Notes: a model not told the origin generated them from the sequence alone. Shown: positions 25,987-39,640, counted from the stretch's first letter. The stretch is 64,000 nt of DNA from Mobula hypostoma (GCF_963921235.1 NC_086108.1:16740001-16804000), one strand, 5' to 3'. Made by a program: numbers and translations.

Positions 25987-27796
25987 GCGCCTCTTCCTAT
26001 AGATGCTGCTTGGCCTGCTGCGTTCACCAGCAACCTTGATGTATGTTGCTTGAATTTCCAGCATCTGCAGAATTCCTGTTGTTTTTATCTACATCACGGT
26101 TCTGTTTACTGATTACAGCTCAGCATTCAACACAATCACACAAGCTCCAAAACCCAGACCTCTGTACCTCCCTTTGCAACTGGATCCTTGACTTCCTCAT
26201 TGGGAGACCACAGTCGGTGCAGATCAGAAATACCACCTCCTCCTTGCTGGGAATCAATACTGGCACACCTCAAGGATATGTACTTAGTCCACTGCTCTAC
26301 TCTCCCCACACCCAGAACTGGGTGGTCAGGCACAGCTCAAACACCATCTATAAATTTGCTTATGACACAACTACTGTCGGCAGAACTACTGTGATGCAGA
26401 GGCGCAGAGGACTGATATCGATCAGCTGGATGAATGCTGTAGCAACAACCTTGCACTCAATATCAGTGAGACCAAGGAACTTTTTGTGGTCTTCAAGAAG
26501 TCCTCATCGAGGGATCGGCAGTGAAAAGGACAAGCAGTTACAAATTCCTGGGTGTCAACATCTTGGAAGATCCATCCTGGTGTTAACTATTGATGCAATT
26601 ACAAAGAATATATGACAGCAACAGCTCAGCTTCATTAGGAGTTTGAGGAGACTTGGTATGTCATCTAAGACTTTCACAAATTTCTTTGGAGGTAACGTGG
26701 AGAAACTTACAACTGGTTACACCACTGTCTGGTATGGCCAGCTCCATAACGGTATGAGCCTCCCCAGTACTGAGGACAGTTTCAAAAGATGATGCCTCAA
26801 AAAGGCGACATCCATCATTATGGACCTCCATCGCCCAGGATGTGCCCTCTTCTCACTTCTACCATCAAGGAGGAGAATCAAATGCCTGAAGGCACACATG
26901 CAAAGTTTCAGGATCAGCTTCTTCCCCTCCACCATCAGATTTCTGAATGGACAATGAACCCACGTACACTACTTCACTATTTTTTGCTCTCTTTTTGCAC
27001 TATTTATTCAAATATAAATATATAGGTATTTTATTGTAATTTATTATTATTGTGTATTGCTGTCACAAAACAATAATTTTCACAACATACTGTATGCCAG
27101 TGATATTAAATCTGATTCTGATTCGCATTCTGCCCACCTGCCTGTCTTTTCAATAGGATGTGTTTCCTTAGAATGATTCTTTGAAAAATTCAATCAAATT
27201 AGTCATACAGGATCCACAGTATTCTCCCTAGCTTTCTCATCAATCTGCTTTTCTATGTTCTATAATACCTTTTCCTACCTTCTTTAATACTTTTCCTTGA
27301 CAGGAGCTGAGCATTCATCTTCTCTACATGCATATATACTGGATTTTAAACAATTAAACAATTTCTGCTCAGTCATGAGATCCCAAAATCTTAATGCAAT
27401 ATGTACTGCATCATTTCCAGATGCTTTTGTCCAATCAGTTATTTCTTCTTTGTGATCTGAAGACAGCACCTACGAGTATTCTGTTTACCTTAGCACGGCA
27501 TCATTGCTGAGCCAAATGTCTTCACCCAGTGCCCAAATGTGTCTCTTCCTTTTCACGGGCAGTTCCTCAGAATGGAAGATGATTTATTTCTACTCCAGTT
27601 CAGAGGAATGCTGAATGCCTATGTATCAATTCTTTTAACATGTTTTTTTAAACAGGAAAGTGAAATGCATGTTTTTTTATCTATCCACCAAAAATTTCCT
27701 GAAATTTGGACAATTTTATCCTTTAAACTTTAAAGGAAGTAGTTCAGAACATTAGAGTCAGAGTTATAGAACACTACAACTCAGAAACAGGCCCTT

Positions 27797-27963
27797 TGGG
27801 GTGGCAACCTTGTCATTTCTTTAGCATTTGTTTTTTTTTGACAAGGCTGAGTTGCTAGCTTGATGTTCAAACCAGCACGGATAGAAAGTGTGCAAGGAGC
27901 CGGTTGGGTTCAAACCTGTGACCACTTGCCTTGAAACCCAGTGCGGATGCCACTACGCCACGG
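27797..27963 (-). mobile_element. tRNA-derived SINE inserted in a CR1 tail fragment (about 27745-28030)
   Basis: A-box-like TGGCGTAGTGG and B-box-like GGTTTGAACCC on the minus strand, with an A-rich 3' part. Confidence 0.6.
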
Positions 27964-29624
27964 TGCTAGACTATTAATCTGCCTAGTCCCAGCAACCTGC
28001 ATCGGTAGCCCTCCATGCCCCTCCCACTGTAGCATGGGTAATATTACAGGAACACAAATCATAAAAACTCTGGGATAGAAATTTGACGCTGCTAACCAAT
28101 TCTCCATTCGGTCTGGTACCTCATTGTAAATTAGATTCCTTGGAATGCACATCCGCTATCACCTGAGAAACTCAGTATCCCAAATGGAGCATCCCGAATT
28201 CTGCATCTGCTTCATCATACAGAATGCCTACTATCAGTTATAACATCAACTATCTTGTCTCCTTCAAGCTGAAAAGTGCATAGGAAAGGGAATCATGACT
28301 GTTTTCCCATTTAAGTCTAAATACTTAAGCTGATTTTAACACAGTTGTTGCCCCCAGCTGAGATCAGTTTAATATATGCAAGCATTATCTTCTACCATAT
28401 ATTCAGTTACCACCAGGAGGAGTCCTACTCTTCTAGCTTTACTTATGGTATCTTTCACTTTGAAGTGCCTCTTGCACTGTATTAGTTTCAACAAAAAAAA
28501 TTTACTTTTCAAGGGATTGTATTATGTAGTAAATAAATACTCAAATAAGTATATTTGTTGAAGCTACTTTTTGTTGTGCATTTACACAGTGTTTAAACAA
28601 AACATTAAGGAAACCTTTAACAGAAATACAAGGGTTTATTATTTGGGCCAATAATATAGGAGTATAACCTGTCATAATGCAAAATTGAAGAAAACTGTGT
28701 CCTGTAGTCCATGTTCATAAAACATAGAACATAGAACATTACAGCACATTACAGGCCCTTCAGCCCACAATGTTGTGCTGATCATATAACCTACTCTAGA
28801 AACTGCCTAGAATCACCCTATCGCATAGCCCTCTGTTTTTCTAAGCTCCATGTACCTATCTAAGAGTCTCTTAAAAGACCCTATTGTATCTGCCTCCGCC
28901 ACCATCGCCAGCAGTGTATTCCATACACCCACCACTCTCTATGTGAAAAGCTTACCCCTGACATCTCTTCTGTACCTACTTCCAAGCACCTTAAGACTAT
29001 GCCCCCTCATGTTAGCCATTTCAGCCCTGGAAAAAAGCCTCTGGCTATCCACACGATCAATGCCTCTCATCATTTTATACACCTCTATCAGGTTACCTCT
29101 CATCCTCCGTTGCGCCAAGGAGGAAGGGCCAAGTTCACTCAACATATTCGCATAAGGCACGCTCTCCAATTCAGGCAACATCCTTGCAAATCTCCTCTGC
29201 ACTCCTTCTACAAACATCTGTATATTATTCACATCTTTCCTGTTGTGAGGTGACCAGAAATGAACACAGTACTCCAAGTGGGGTCTGACCAAGGTCTTGT
29301 ATAGCTGTAACATTATCTCACAGCTTTTGAACTCAATCTGTCTTCAAATTTGACCTACCAAAATGAACCACTTCACATTTATCTGGGTTAAACTCCACCT
29401 GCCCTTCTCAGTTCAGTTCTGCATCCTATTGATGTCCTGCTGTAACCTCTGACAACTCTCCAGACAATCAACACCAACTTCTGTGTCATCAGCAAACCTA
29501 CTAACCCACCCTCCTACTTCTTCATCTAGGTCATTTATAAAAATCACAAAGAGGGGTCCTAGAACTGATCCCTGCAGAACACCACTGGTCACCAACCTCC
29601 ATGCAGAATACGACCCATCCACAA

Positions 29625-30869
29625 CAGCGGTCCCCAACCACCGGGCCGCGGACTAGTACCGGGCCGCAAAGCATGTGCTACTGGGCTACAAAGCATGTGT
29701 TACCGGGCCGCGAGGAAACAATATGATTTGGCAATATGAGTCAGCTGCACCTTTCCTCATTCCCTGTCACGGCCTCCGTTGAGCTTGAACGCGCGAGGTC
29801 ATTACCCGCGTGTCATCCATGTCAGCGCGGGAAGAAGATCAACTCCTTAAGCTTGCAAATGATGGCGGGCTGAAAAGTATGTTTGACATAACATCTCTGC
29901 CGGCATTCTGGATCAAAGTCAAGGCTAAATATCCTGAGATAGCCATGAAAGCACTGAAAACGTTGCTTCCATTTCTAACATATCTCTGCAATGAATGCAA
30001 CGAAAACTAAATTGCGGAATAGATTGGACATAAGGAACCCCCTTCGAGTATCGCTGTCTCCCATCACCCCTCAATGGGATTGTCTTGTTTCAGGAAAACA
30101 AGCCCAAGGCTCCCACTGATTCAGCGATATTGGTGTGTTGCAATGACTTTATATGTTCATAGGGGAAAATATGTGCTGTGTGTTTAATATCCAAATGTTA
30201 CTTAAAATGTTATGATGATATTGACTTTTAAGTGACTTATATAACCATATAAAAATTACAGCATGGAAACAGGCTATCTCTGCCCTTCTAGTCCGTGCCA
30301 AATGCTACTCTCACCTAGTCCCACCAACCTGCGCTCAGCCCATAACCCTCCATTCCTTTCCTGTCCATACACCTATCCAATTTTTCTTTAAATGATAATA
30401 TTGAACCTGCCTCTACCACTTCTACTGGAAGTTCGTTCAACACTTACTTCAAGCTCCCCTGTCCTCCCCTGATAATGGACTTATCACTATATTCATGCGA
30501 GGAAAATATGCGTTGTATGTTTAATATTAAATTCATTAGATAAACCCTTTTAGAAACAAAATTGAGTGTATTAGCCACTTATCACCTATATTCCGGTCAT
30601 GATTAACACCCACCCCCCCCCCCACCTGCACAGAATCGCCAAAAATGATTTGTAGAAAAAAATCGGCACGTACACGCATGCACACTAGTGCCCGCGCAAG
30701 GCTTTATGGTCATGGTAGTCTTTCTGGGGTAAACACAATGTATTTGACTGCTACTCTTGTCCGTTGGCAACCCTACCACCCCCCCTCCGCCCGCCCGAGT
30801 CGGCCGGTCTGCAAAAATATTGTCAAGAATAAACCTGGTCCGCATTGCTAAAAAGGTTGGGGACCCCTG
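29625..30869 (+). mobile_element. Non-autonomous hAT (Charlie/Buster-like) element 1
   Basis: TIRs CAGCGGTCCCCAACC / GGTTGGGGACCCCTG and 8-bp TSD ATCYACAA. hATC dimerisation remnant SLPAFWIKVKAKYPEIAMKALKTLLPF..KQAQGSH*. Confidence 0.92.
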
Positions 30870-30877
30870 ATCTACAA

Positions 30878-31874
30878 CAGCGGTCCCCAACCACTGGGCC
30901 GCAGACCGGTACCAGGCCGCAAAGCATGTTCTACTGGTCCATGAGGAAACGATACCAGTCAGCTGCACCTTTCCTCATTCCCTGTCACGCACTGTTGAAC
31001 TTGAACATAGGGTTGCCAACTGTCCTGTATTTGCCGGGACATCCCGTTTACTGGGCTAAATTGGTTTGTCCCATACGGGACTGCTCTCGTCCTGTATTTC
31101 AGCGGTCCCCAACCACTGGGCTGCGGACTGGTACCAGGCTGCAAAGCATGTGTACCGGGAAGTGAGCAAGCGATATGGGTCAGCTGCACCTTTCCTCATT
31201 CCCTGTCACGCACTGTTGAACTTGAACATACGGTTGGCAACTGTCCCGTATTTGCTGGGACATTCCGTATATTGGGCTAAATTGGTTTGTCCCATACGGG
31301 ACCGTCCTTGTCCCGTATTTCCACCACTAAGGTAGAGCGTTCCTATGAAACATTTCGTGCTGAAATGGCATGAGCAAAGAAGCAATTACTATTAATTTAT
31401 ATGGGAAAAACATTTGAACATTCCCAGACCCAAAAAATAAGCTACCAAATCATACCAACTAACATATAAAACCAAAAATAAATAATACTAACATATAGTA
31501 AAAACAGGAATGATATGATAAATACACAGCCTATATAAAGTAGAAATCATGTATGTACAGTACAGTCGGGAAGATGAAGGCAAAACTAATTTGTGGGGGG
31601 GGGGAAGTCACCACATACGCGCATGTGCACACAGGTGCCCATGCAAGGCTTCATGGTCATGGTAGTCTTTCCTGGGGTAAAGTGTCCCAGGATTTGACTG
31701 CTACTTTCGTCCCTTATTTGGGAGTGAGAAAGTTGGCAACCCTAACTGTAAAAGACATGTTGAGGTGAGTTTAACCCTATTTGAACACGCACCCCCCCCC
31801 CAAGGTCGGCTGGTCCGCAAGAATATTGTCAATATTGAACCGGTCCACAATGCAAAAAAGGTTGGGGACCCCTG
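30878..31874 (+). mobile_element. Non-autonomous hAT element 2 (composite, duplicated left end)
   Basis: Same TIRs. ATCTACAA at 30870-77 and 31875-82. About 220-bp direct repeat at 30878-31099 / 31100-31320. Confidence 0.9.
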
Positions 31875-33699
31875 ATCTACAAACATCCTTTGTCTTCTGT
31901 AAACAAGACAATTCTGGATCCACAAAACAAGATCTCCTTGGATCCTATGCCTCCTTACTTTCTGAAGGAGTCTTGCATGGGGACCCTTATCAAATGCCTT
32001 ACTGAAATCCATATACACTACATCCACTGCTCTACCTTCATCAATGTGTTTTGTTACATCCTCAAATTATTCAATCAGGTTCATAAGGCAAAATCTTCCC
32101 TTGACAAAGCCATGCTGACTATCTCTAATCAGATGCGTCTCTCCAAATGTTCATAGATCCTGCCTCTCAGGATCATTTCCAACAACTTGTCCACCATTGA
32201 AGTAAGACTCACTGGTCTATAATTCCTGGGTTATCTCTACTCCCTTTCTTGAACAAGGGAACAACATTTGCAACCCTCCAATGCTCCAGTACTTCTCCCG
32301 TCCCTATTGATGATGCAAAGATCATCGCCAGAGGCTCAGCAATCTCCTCCCTCGCTTTCCACAGGAGCCTGGGGTAAATCTCGTCTGATACTGACGACTT
32401 ATCTAACTTAATGCTTTTCAAATTCTCCAGCACATCCTCTTCCTTAACGTCTATAAGCTCAAGCGTTTCAGTCCATTGTTTCAGTCCACAATAGTCAAGG
32501 TCCTTTTCCCTGGTGAATACTGAAGCAAAGTATTCATTAAGTACCTCCGCTACCTCCTCCGACTCTATGCACACATTTCCACTATCGCACCTGATTGGTC
32601 CTATTCTCACACAGCTCATCCTCTTGCTCTTCACATACTTGTACGATGCCTTGGGGTTTTCCTTAATCCTGCTCACCAAGGCCTTCTCATGGCCCCTTCT
32701 AGCTCACCTAATTTCATTAAACTCCTTCCAGGCAACCTTGTAATTTTCTAGAACTCTATCAGTACCTATTTTCTTCAACCTTTTGTCAACTTTTCTTCTT
32801 AACTAGAGTTTCTACATCCTTTGTACACCATGGTTCTTTTACCCTACCATCCTTTCCCTGCCTCAATGGACCATACCTATGCAGAACACCATGTCACATT
32901 TCTGCTGTGCATTTCCCTGAGAACATCTGCTCCCAATTTATGCTCCCACATTCCTGCCTAATAGCATCATATTTCCCCCACCCCAAGTAAATGTTTTCCC
33001 AAATTGTCTGCTCCTAGCCTTCTCCCACCACAACAATCCTATTATTACTGCACAGTTCTAGAATCTGCCTCCCTATCTGATCCTCGATAACCCTGTTACT
33101 AGTGGGTGGGGAGCTTTAAACAACACCCAGTTGAGTTATTGCCCCCTTCCTGTTTCTGACTTCCACTCATACTGACTCAGTAGATAATCCCTCCCTGACT
33201 TCCTCCTTTTCTGCAGCCACTATCCCTGATTAGCAATGCCACACCCCCACTTCTTTTGCCTCCCTCCCTGTCCTTCTTGAAACATCTAAAGCCTGGCACA
33301 CTCAGCAGCCATTCCTGCCCGAGACATCCAAGTCTCTGTAATGGCCATAATGTCATAGTTCCATGTATTCATCCACGCTCTAAGTTCATCCACCTTGTTT
33401 ATGATACTCCTTGCATTAAAATAGATACATCTCAAACCATCTGGCTGAGTGCATCTTTGCTCTACCATGTGCCTATCCTTCCTCACTAACTCCCTACACG
33501 CTGTCTCTACTTGTCCACCAACCACCCCATCCTCTGCCCCTCCACCTTGCTTCCTACCGCTGAAAATCTAGTTTAAACCCTCCCTAATAACATTTGCAGG
33601 CCTTACACCAGGAAATTGGTTCCCCTTGGATTCAAGTGCAACCCATCCTTTTTGTACAGATCACACCTGTCCCAGAAGAGGTCCCAATGATTCAGAAAT

Positions 33700-35773
33700 A
33701 GTTTGGCAAAAGAATAAATCAAGGAAGGTAGTGCACCCGTGGCTGACAAGAGAAATTAGGGATAGTATCAATTCCAAAGAAGTAGCATACAAATTAGCCA
33801 GAGAAAGTGGCTCACCTGAGGACTGGGAGAAATTCAGAGTTCAGCGGAGGAGGACAAAGGGCTTAATTAGGAAGGGGAAAAAAGATTATGAGAGAAAACT
33901 GGCAGAGAACATAAAAACGGACTGTAAAAGCTTTTATAGATATGTAAAAAGGAAAAGACTGATAAAGACAAATGTAGGTCCCCTGCAAACAGAAACAGGT
34001 GAATTGATTATGGGGAGCAAGGACATGGCAGACCAATTGAATAATTACTTTGGTTCTGTCTTCACTAAGGAGGACATAAATAATCTTCCAGAAATAGTAA
34101 GGGACAAAGGGTCCAGTGAGATGGAGGAACTGAGCGAAATACATGTTAGTAGGGAAGTGGTGTTAGGTAAATTGAAGGGATTGAAGGCAGATAAATCCCC
34201 AGGGCCAGATGGTCTGCATCCCAGAGTGCTTAAGGAAGTAGCCCAAGAAATAGTGGATGCATTAGTGATAATTTTTCAAAACTCGTTAGATTCTGGACTA
34301 GTTCCTGAGGATTGGAGGGTGGCTAATGTAACCCCACTTTTTAAAAAAGGAGGGAGAGAGAAACCGGGGAATTATAGGCCGGTTAGCCTAACGTCGGTGG
34401 TGGGGAAACTGCTGGAGTCAGTTATCAAGGATGTGATAACAGCACATTTGGAAAGCGGTGAAATGATTGGACAAAGTCAGCATGCATTTGTGAAAGGAAA
34501 ATCATGTCTGACGAATCTCATAGAATTTTTTGAGGATGTAACTAGTAGAGTGGATAGGGGAGAACCAGTGGATGTGGTATATTTGGATTTTCAAAAGGCT
34601 TTTGACAAGGTCCCACACAGGAGATTAGTGTGCAAACTTAAAGCACACGGTATTGGGGGTAAGGTATTGGTGTGGGTGGAGAATTGGTTAGCAGACAGGA
34701 AGCAAAGAGTGGGAATAAACGGGACCTTTTCAGAATGGCAGGCAGTGACTAGTGGGGTACCGCAAGGCTCAGTGCTGGGACCCCAGTTGTTTACAATATA
34801 TATTAATGACTTGGATGAGGGAATTAAATGCAGCATCTCCAAGTTTGCGGATGACACGAAGCTGGGTGGCAGTGTTAGCAGTGAGGAGGATGCTAAGAGG
34901 ATGCAGGGTGACTTGGATAGGTTGGGTGAGTGGGCAAACTCATGGCAGATGCAATTTAATGTGGATAAATGTGAAGTTATCCACTTTGGTGGCAAAAATA
35001 GGAAAACAGATTATTATCTGAATGGTGGCCGATTAGGAAAAGGGGAGGTGCAACGAGACCTGGGTGTCATTATACACCAGTCATTGAAAGTGGGCATGCA
35101 GGTACAGCAGGCGGTGAAAAAGGCGAACGGTATGCTGGCATTTATAGCGAGAGGATTCGAGTACAGGAGCAGGGAGGTACTACTGCAGTTGTACAAGGCC
35201 TTGGTGAGACCACACCTGGAGTATTGTGTGCAGTTTTGGTCCCCTAATCTGAGGAAAGACATCTTTGCCATAGAGGGAGTACAAAGAAGGTTCACCAGAT
35301 TGATTCCTGGGATGGCAGGTCTTTCATATGAAGAAAGACTGGATGAACTGGGCTTGTACTCGTTGGAATTTAGAAGATTGAGGGGGGATCTGATTGAAAC
35401 GTATAAGATCCTAAAGGGATTGGACAGGCTAGATGCGGGAAGATTGTTCCCGACGTTGGGGAGGTCCAGAACGAGGGGCCACAGTTTGAGGATAGAGGGG
35501 AAGCCTTTTAGGACCGAGATTAGGAAAAACTTCTTCACACAGAGAGTGGTGAATCTGTGGAATTCTCTGCCACAGCAAACTGTTGAGGCCAGTTCATTAG
35601 CTATGTTTAAAAGGAAGTTAGATATGGCCCTTGTGGCTACAGGGGTCAGGGGGTATGGAGGGAAGGCTGGGTTCTGAGTTGGATGATCAGCCATGATCAT
35701 AATAAATGGCGGTGCAGGCTCGAAGGGCCGAATGGCCTACTCCTGCACCTATTTTCTATGTTTCTATGTTTCT
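33700..35773 (+). mobile_element. Young 5'-truncated CR1 LINE with uninterrupted RT reading frame (stop at 35677)
   Basis: About 660 codons without a stop: KSPGPDGLHPRVLKE, YLDFQKAFDKVPH, GVPQGSVLGP, KFADDTKL. (CTATGTTT)n tail. AAAT duplicated at 33696-99 / 35774-77. Confidence 0.96.
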
Positions 35774-36194
35774 AAATCTGAATCCCTGCCCCCTGCTCCA
35801 ATCCTTCAGCCATGCATTTATCCACCATCTCATTCTATTCCTATACTCACTGTCGTGTGGCACAGGCAGCAATCCCAAGATTACTGCCCTTGAGGTCCTG
35901 CTTCTTAGCTTCCTTCCTAACTCCCTGTATTCTGCTTTCAGGACCTCCTCCCCTTTTCTCCCTATATCATTGGTATCATTATGTAGCACGACCCTAGTCG
36001 CTCACCCTCCATCCAGGATATTGTGGACGCGTTCAGAAACATCACAAACCCTGGCACCTGGGATAGGCAAACTACCATCCGTGTTTCTTTCTAGTGCCCA
36101 CAAAATAGCTATATGTCCCTCTAACTATAGTGTCCCCTATTAATACTGCCATCCAGTTCCATTCCCTACCCTTCTGAGGCACAGGCCAGACTCC

Positions 36195-36970
36195 TCAGCT
36201 CCACTCCCCGCCCTTCTCCCCGTAAACTTTGATGCCATGTCCAATCAAGAACCTATCAAGCTCTGCCTTAAATACACCCAACGACCTGGCCTCCACAGCT
36301 GCCGGTGGTAATAAATTCTGCAAATTCACCACCCCCTGGCTGAAGAAATTACTCCTCATCTCTGTTTTAAATGTGTGTCCCCCTATCCTGAGGCTGTGCC
36401 CTCTCGTCCTAGATTCCCCTACCATGGGAAACATCCTTTCCACATCTACTCTGTCTGGGCCTTTCAACATGCGAAAGCTTTCAATGAGATTCCCCCTCAT
36501 TCCAGTCAGTACAGACCCAGAGCTATCAAACGTTCCTCATATGATAACCCTTTCATTCCCAGAATCATCATTGTGAACCTCTTCTGAACTCTCTCCAATG
36601 TCAGCACATCTTTTCTTAGATGAGGAGCCCAAAACTGTTCACAATACAAGGTGAGGCCTCAGCATCACAGCCTTGCTCTTGTATTCTAGACCTCTTGAAA
36701 TGAATTGCATTTGCCTTCCTCAACATCAATACTACCTGCAAGTTAACTTTTAGGTTGTTCTACACAAGGACTCCCAAGTCCCTTTGCATCTCAAATTTTT
36801 GGATTTTCTTTCTGTTTAGAAAATAATCTGCACATTTATTTCTACTACCAAAGTGCATTATCATGCATTTTCCAACATTATATTTCATTTGCCACTCTCA
36901 CCCATTTTCTAATCTGTCTCAATCCTTCTGCAGCCTACCTCTTTCCTCAACACTATCTCCCCCTCCACCT
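36195..36970 (-). mobile_element. CR1 LINE 3' fragment
   Basis: MRGNLIE..RTRGHSLRI..FFSQGVVNLQNLLP. Confidence 0.85.
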
Positions 36971-37719
36971 GTGCTGACTAATCTGTGTTAGTTTGCACAA
37001 TGACATGATCTACTAAGTATAGTTAATGGCAAGAAAAGACTTGCACATTTAATGATTTTTATGAACCTCAGTGCATCGTGGTTGTGTATCCACATAATCC
37101 AAACTCCTATTGAGTAATAAAATAAATAACCAGATCAAGTGAACATCCCCATGACCATGATGCAACCATTAAATTTTGCATCAATAAATGATAGCTTATA
37201 CTGTAATACTCAACGAGGTATAAGCAGCAGCCACGCTATAGCTAAGTATATTATTTTTTACATAGCTTGATTTACTTATTTATTTTATTTTTTTCTTTCT
37301 ATATTTTCATGTATTGCATTGTACTACTGCTGCTATGTTAACAAATTTCACGACACATGCTGGTAAAAATAAACCTGATTCTGAACTCACAGGATAATAG
37401 AAAGAAGCATGTAGAAAATTATGGAAGGAATTTTTCTGAGTCAGGCAAAGATCCAGAATTGTTAATGGCTGAAGGAATCTGGAAGGCTCCCAGGGATGTA
37501 CTAAATAATTATTTAGCATTTAAATTCATACTTGAAGACAATACTGTTCACATTTAGTGACAATGTTAATAATTATCAATCAATGTTTTAGATGGAATTA
37601 CTAACTTTAAAACTGATAGGGCAACCAGGCTAAATGATATCCACATGGGTGTCCTTGGGAACCTCCTTGTCTGAATTATAACAGCTTAATTCAAGGTGGA
37701 ATAGCTCATAACATTTTTT

Positions 37720-39640
37720 AATACTTCTTGGGGAAGTTTAAACTAGTTTGTCAGGGAGATGGGAATCAGAGTGATAAGGTAGAGGATAGAACATTTAGTG
37801 TGAAGGCAGAGGCAGTGTGTAGATAGACTGTGAGGTATAAGAGGTAGTGGATAGGACATAATTCCAATCAATTGGATGGGTTGAAATTTATCTATTTTAA
37901 TACATTAAGTATCAGGAACAAGAGTAATGAACTTAGAGCATGGGTCAACATATGAAACTACAACATTTTGGCCATTGCAGAGACTTGGCCGTCACAGGGG
38001 AAGGAATGGAGGTAAAAGAGATGTGAGAGTGGCATGCTAATAAGGGACAGTATCACAGCTGCAGAAACAGAGGACTTTGTGGATAGATCATCTACTCAGT
38101 CAGTGTGGGTGGAAGTCAGAATGAGGAAGGGAGCAAACACTCTATTGGATATCTTCTATAGACAGCCCCCCCATCAATAGTAGCAGAGAAATGGAGGAGC
38201 AAATTGGGAGGCAGATTTTGGAAAGGCGCAAAGTAACAGAGTTGCTGTCATGATTGATTTCAGCTTTTCTAATATTAATTGGCACCTTGCTAGTGAAAAA
38301 GTTTAGTTGGGGTAGAATTTGTTAGGTGTGTCCAGGAAAGATACCTGATAAAATATGTAGACAGGCTGACTAGAGAAGAAGCCATACCGGATCAGGTACT
38401 TGGCAATGAACCTGGTCAGGTGACAGATCTCTTGGTAGCTGAGCAGGTTGGAGACAGTGACCACAACTCTGTGACCTTTACCATAACCTTGGACAGAGAT
38501 AGGAGCAGATTGTATGGGAAAGCATTTAATTGGGGGGGTGGAATAGTGAATTATGAAGCCATTAGGCAGGTACTTGGGAGCATAAACTGGGAATACATGT
38601 ACTCAGGGAAATACACAATGGAAATATAGAGCTTGTTTAGGGACCACTTTCATGGGGTTCTGGATTAGTTTGTTCAATTCAGTCAGGAAAGTATGGTAGG
38701 ATGAAAGAACTATGGTTGAGATTGACACTAGATAGAACGTCTTGTCAAGAGGAAGAAAGAAGCATACTTAGGGGTTTAGAGAGTAGGATCAGACAGGGCT
38801 CTGAAGAGTTATAAGGTAACCAGGAAGGAGCTTAAGAATGGACTTAGGAGAGCTCGAAGGAAACATGAGAAGGCCTGGGTGAGTAGGAGTAAGAAAATCC
38901 CCAAAGTGTTCTACACATACGTGAAGAATAGGATGATGACTAGAGTGTAGGATCAATCAGGGATAAAAGAGGAAACGTGTGCTTGGAGTTGGAGGAGGGA
39001 GTGAAGGTCATTAATGAATACTTTATTTCGGTATTCACTAGTGAGAAGAATTTTGATGAATATGAAGACTGTAAAATAGGCTGATGTGTTGGAACATGTT
39101 GACGTTAGGAAAGAAGATATGCCAAAACTTTTGAAAATCATTAGGATAGATAAGCCCTCGGGGCCAGATAGGATATATCCCATATTACTGTGGGAAATGA
39201 GGGAAGAGGTTGCTGTACCTTTGGCAATGATCTTTGTATTCTCACTGGCTACAGGAATAGTACCAGATAATTAGAGAGTGGCAAATAATATTGCTTTGTT
39301 TAAGACTGATAACAGGTATAATCATGGAACTATAGACTTGTGATTTTTACATCAGTGGTGGGCAATTTATTGGAAAAGATTCTTTAAGACAGGATTTATG
39401 AGCATTTGGAGAAGCCCAATCTGTTTAGGGATAATCAGCATGGCTTTGTGAGGGGCACTTTGTGCCTCATGAGCCTGAATAAAGTTTTTGAGGAAGTCAC
39501 AAAACAAATTGATGAAGGTAGAGCAGTGGATGTGCTGTATATGGATTTTAGAAAGGTACTTGACAAAGTTCCTCATGACAGGCTCATTCAGAAAGTCAGA
39601 AGGAATGGCCTCCAGGCAAACATGGCTGTATGGATTCTAT
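37720..39640 (+). mobile_element. Degraded CR1 LINE (APE to RT)
   Basis: VGDSDHNSV, DKPSGPDRIYP, NQHGFVRG..MDFRKVLDKVPH. Confidence 0.85.

Larger units (their letters stand above)
23783..26086 (+). mobile_element. Penelope-like element (Neptune-like), 5'-truncated, RT + Cys linker + GIY-YIG + pLTR
   Basis: IKPADKGG, FYLLPKIHK, GRPIVS, MDVQSLY, RYIDD, CKRNKCYTC, GVIYCVRCSRCGLLYIGET. TSD ATCTACATCA at 23773-82 and 26087-96. Confidence 0.96.
23200..27125 (+). mobile_element. Degraded Rex1/Babar LINE interrupted by a PLE
   Basis: [22 protein letters not shown] is split exactly at the PLE. LCNWILDFL, TGTPQGYVLSPLLY, KFAYDTT. (TCTGAT)n tail. Confidence 0.88.
28715..36195 (-). mobile_element. Near full-length degraded CR1 LINE (ORF1 esterase + ORF2) hosting a hAT pair and a younger CR1
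   Basis: ORF1 SGNH-esterase-like TNDIGRK..YRELGRKL..GLLPVP..NAWLKDW (35774-35989). ORF2 CIYFNARSIINK, KENPKASYKY, MDFSKAFDK, LYKTLVRPHLEY. (TGTTCTA)n tail. Confidence 0.92.

Noticed and set aside
27870..27963. Genuine tRNA gene
   Set aside because: A and B boxes are present, but I could not fold a convincing cloverleaf, and it continues into a SINE body and A-rich tail.
29810..30120. ZBED5/SCAND3-like host gene
   Set aside because: Only a C-terminal, internally deleted fragment lying between hAT TIRs.
30878..31320. CRISPR-like or satellite array
   Set aside because: Only two ~220-bp copies of a transposon end, with no spacers or cas genes, in a eukaryotic context.
33626..35677. 683-aa ORF as a host gene or domesticated RT
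   Set aside because: It is a 5'-truncated CR1 ORF2. Its first ~25 codons are antisense host-CR1 sequence, and it ends in a CR1 3' UTR and tail.
35014..35700. 228-aa antisense ORF and similar shadow ORFs over LINEs and PLEs
   Set aside because: Reverse-frame by-products of TE coding sequence with no recognisable domain.
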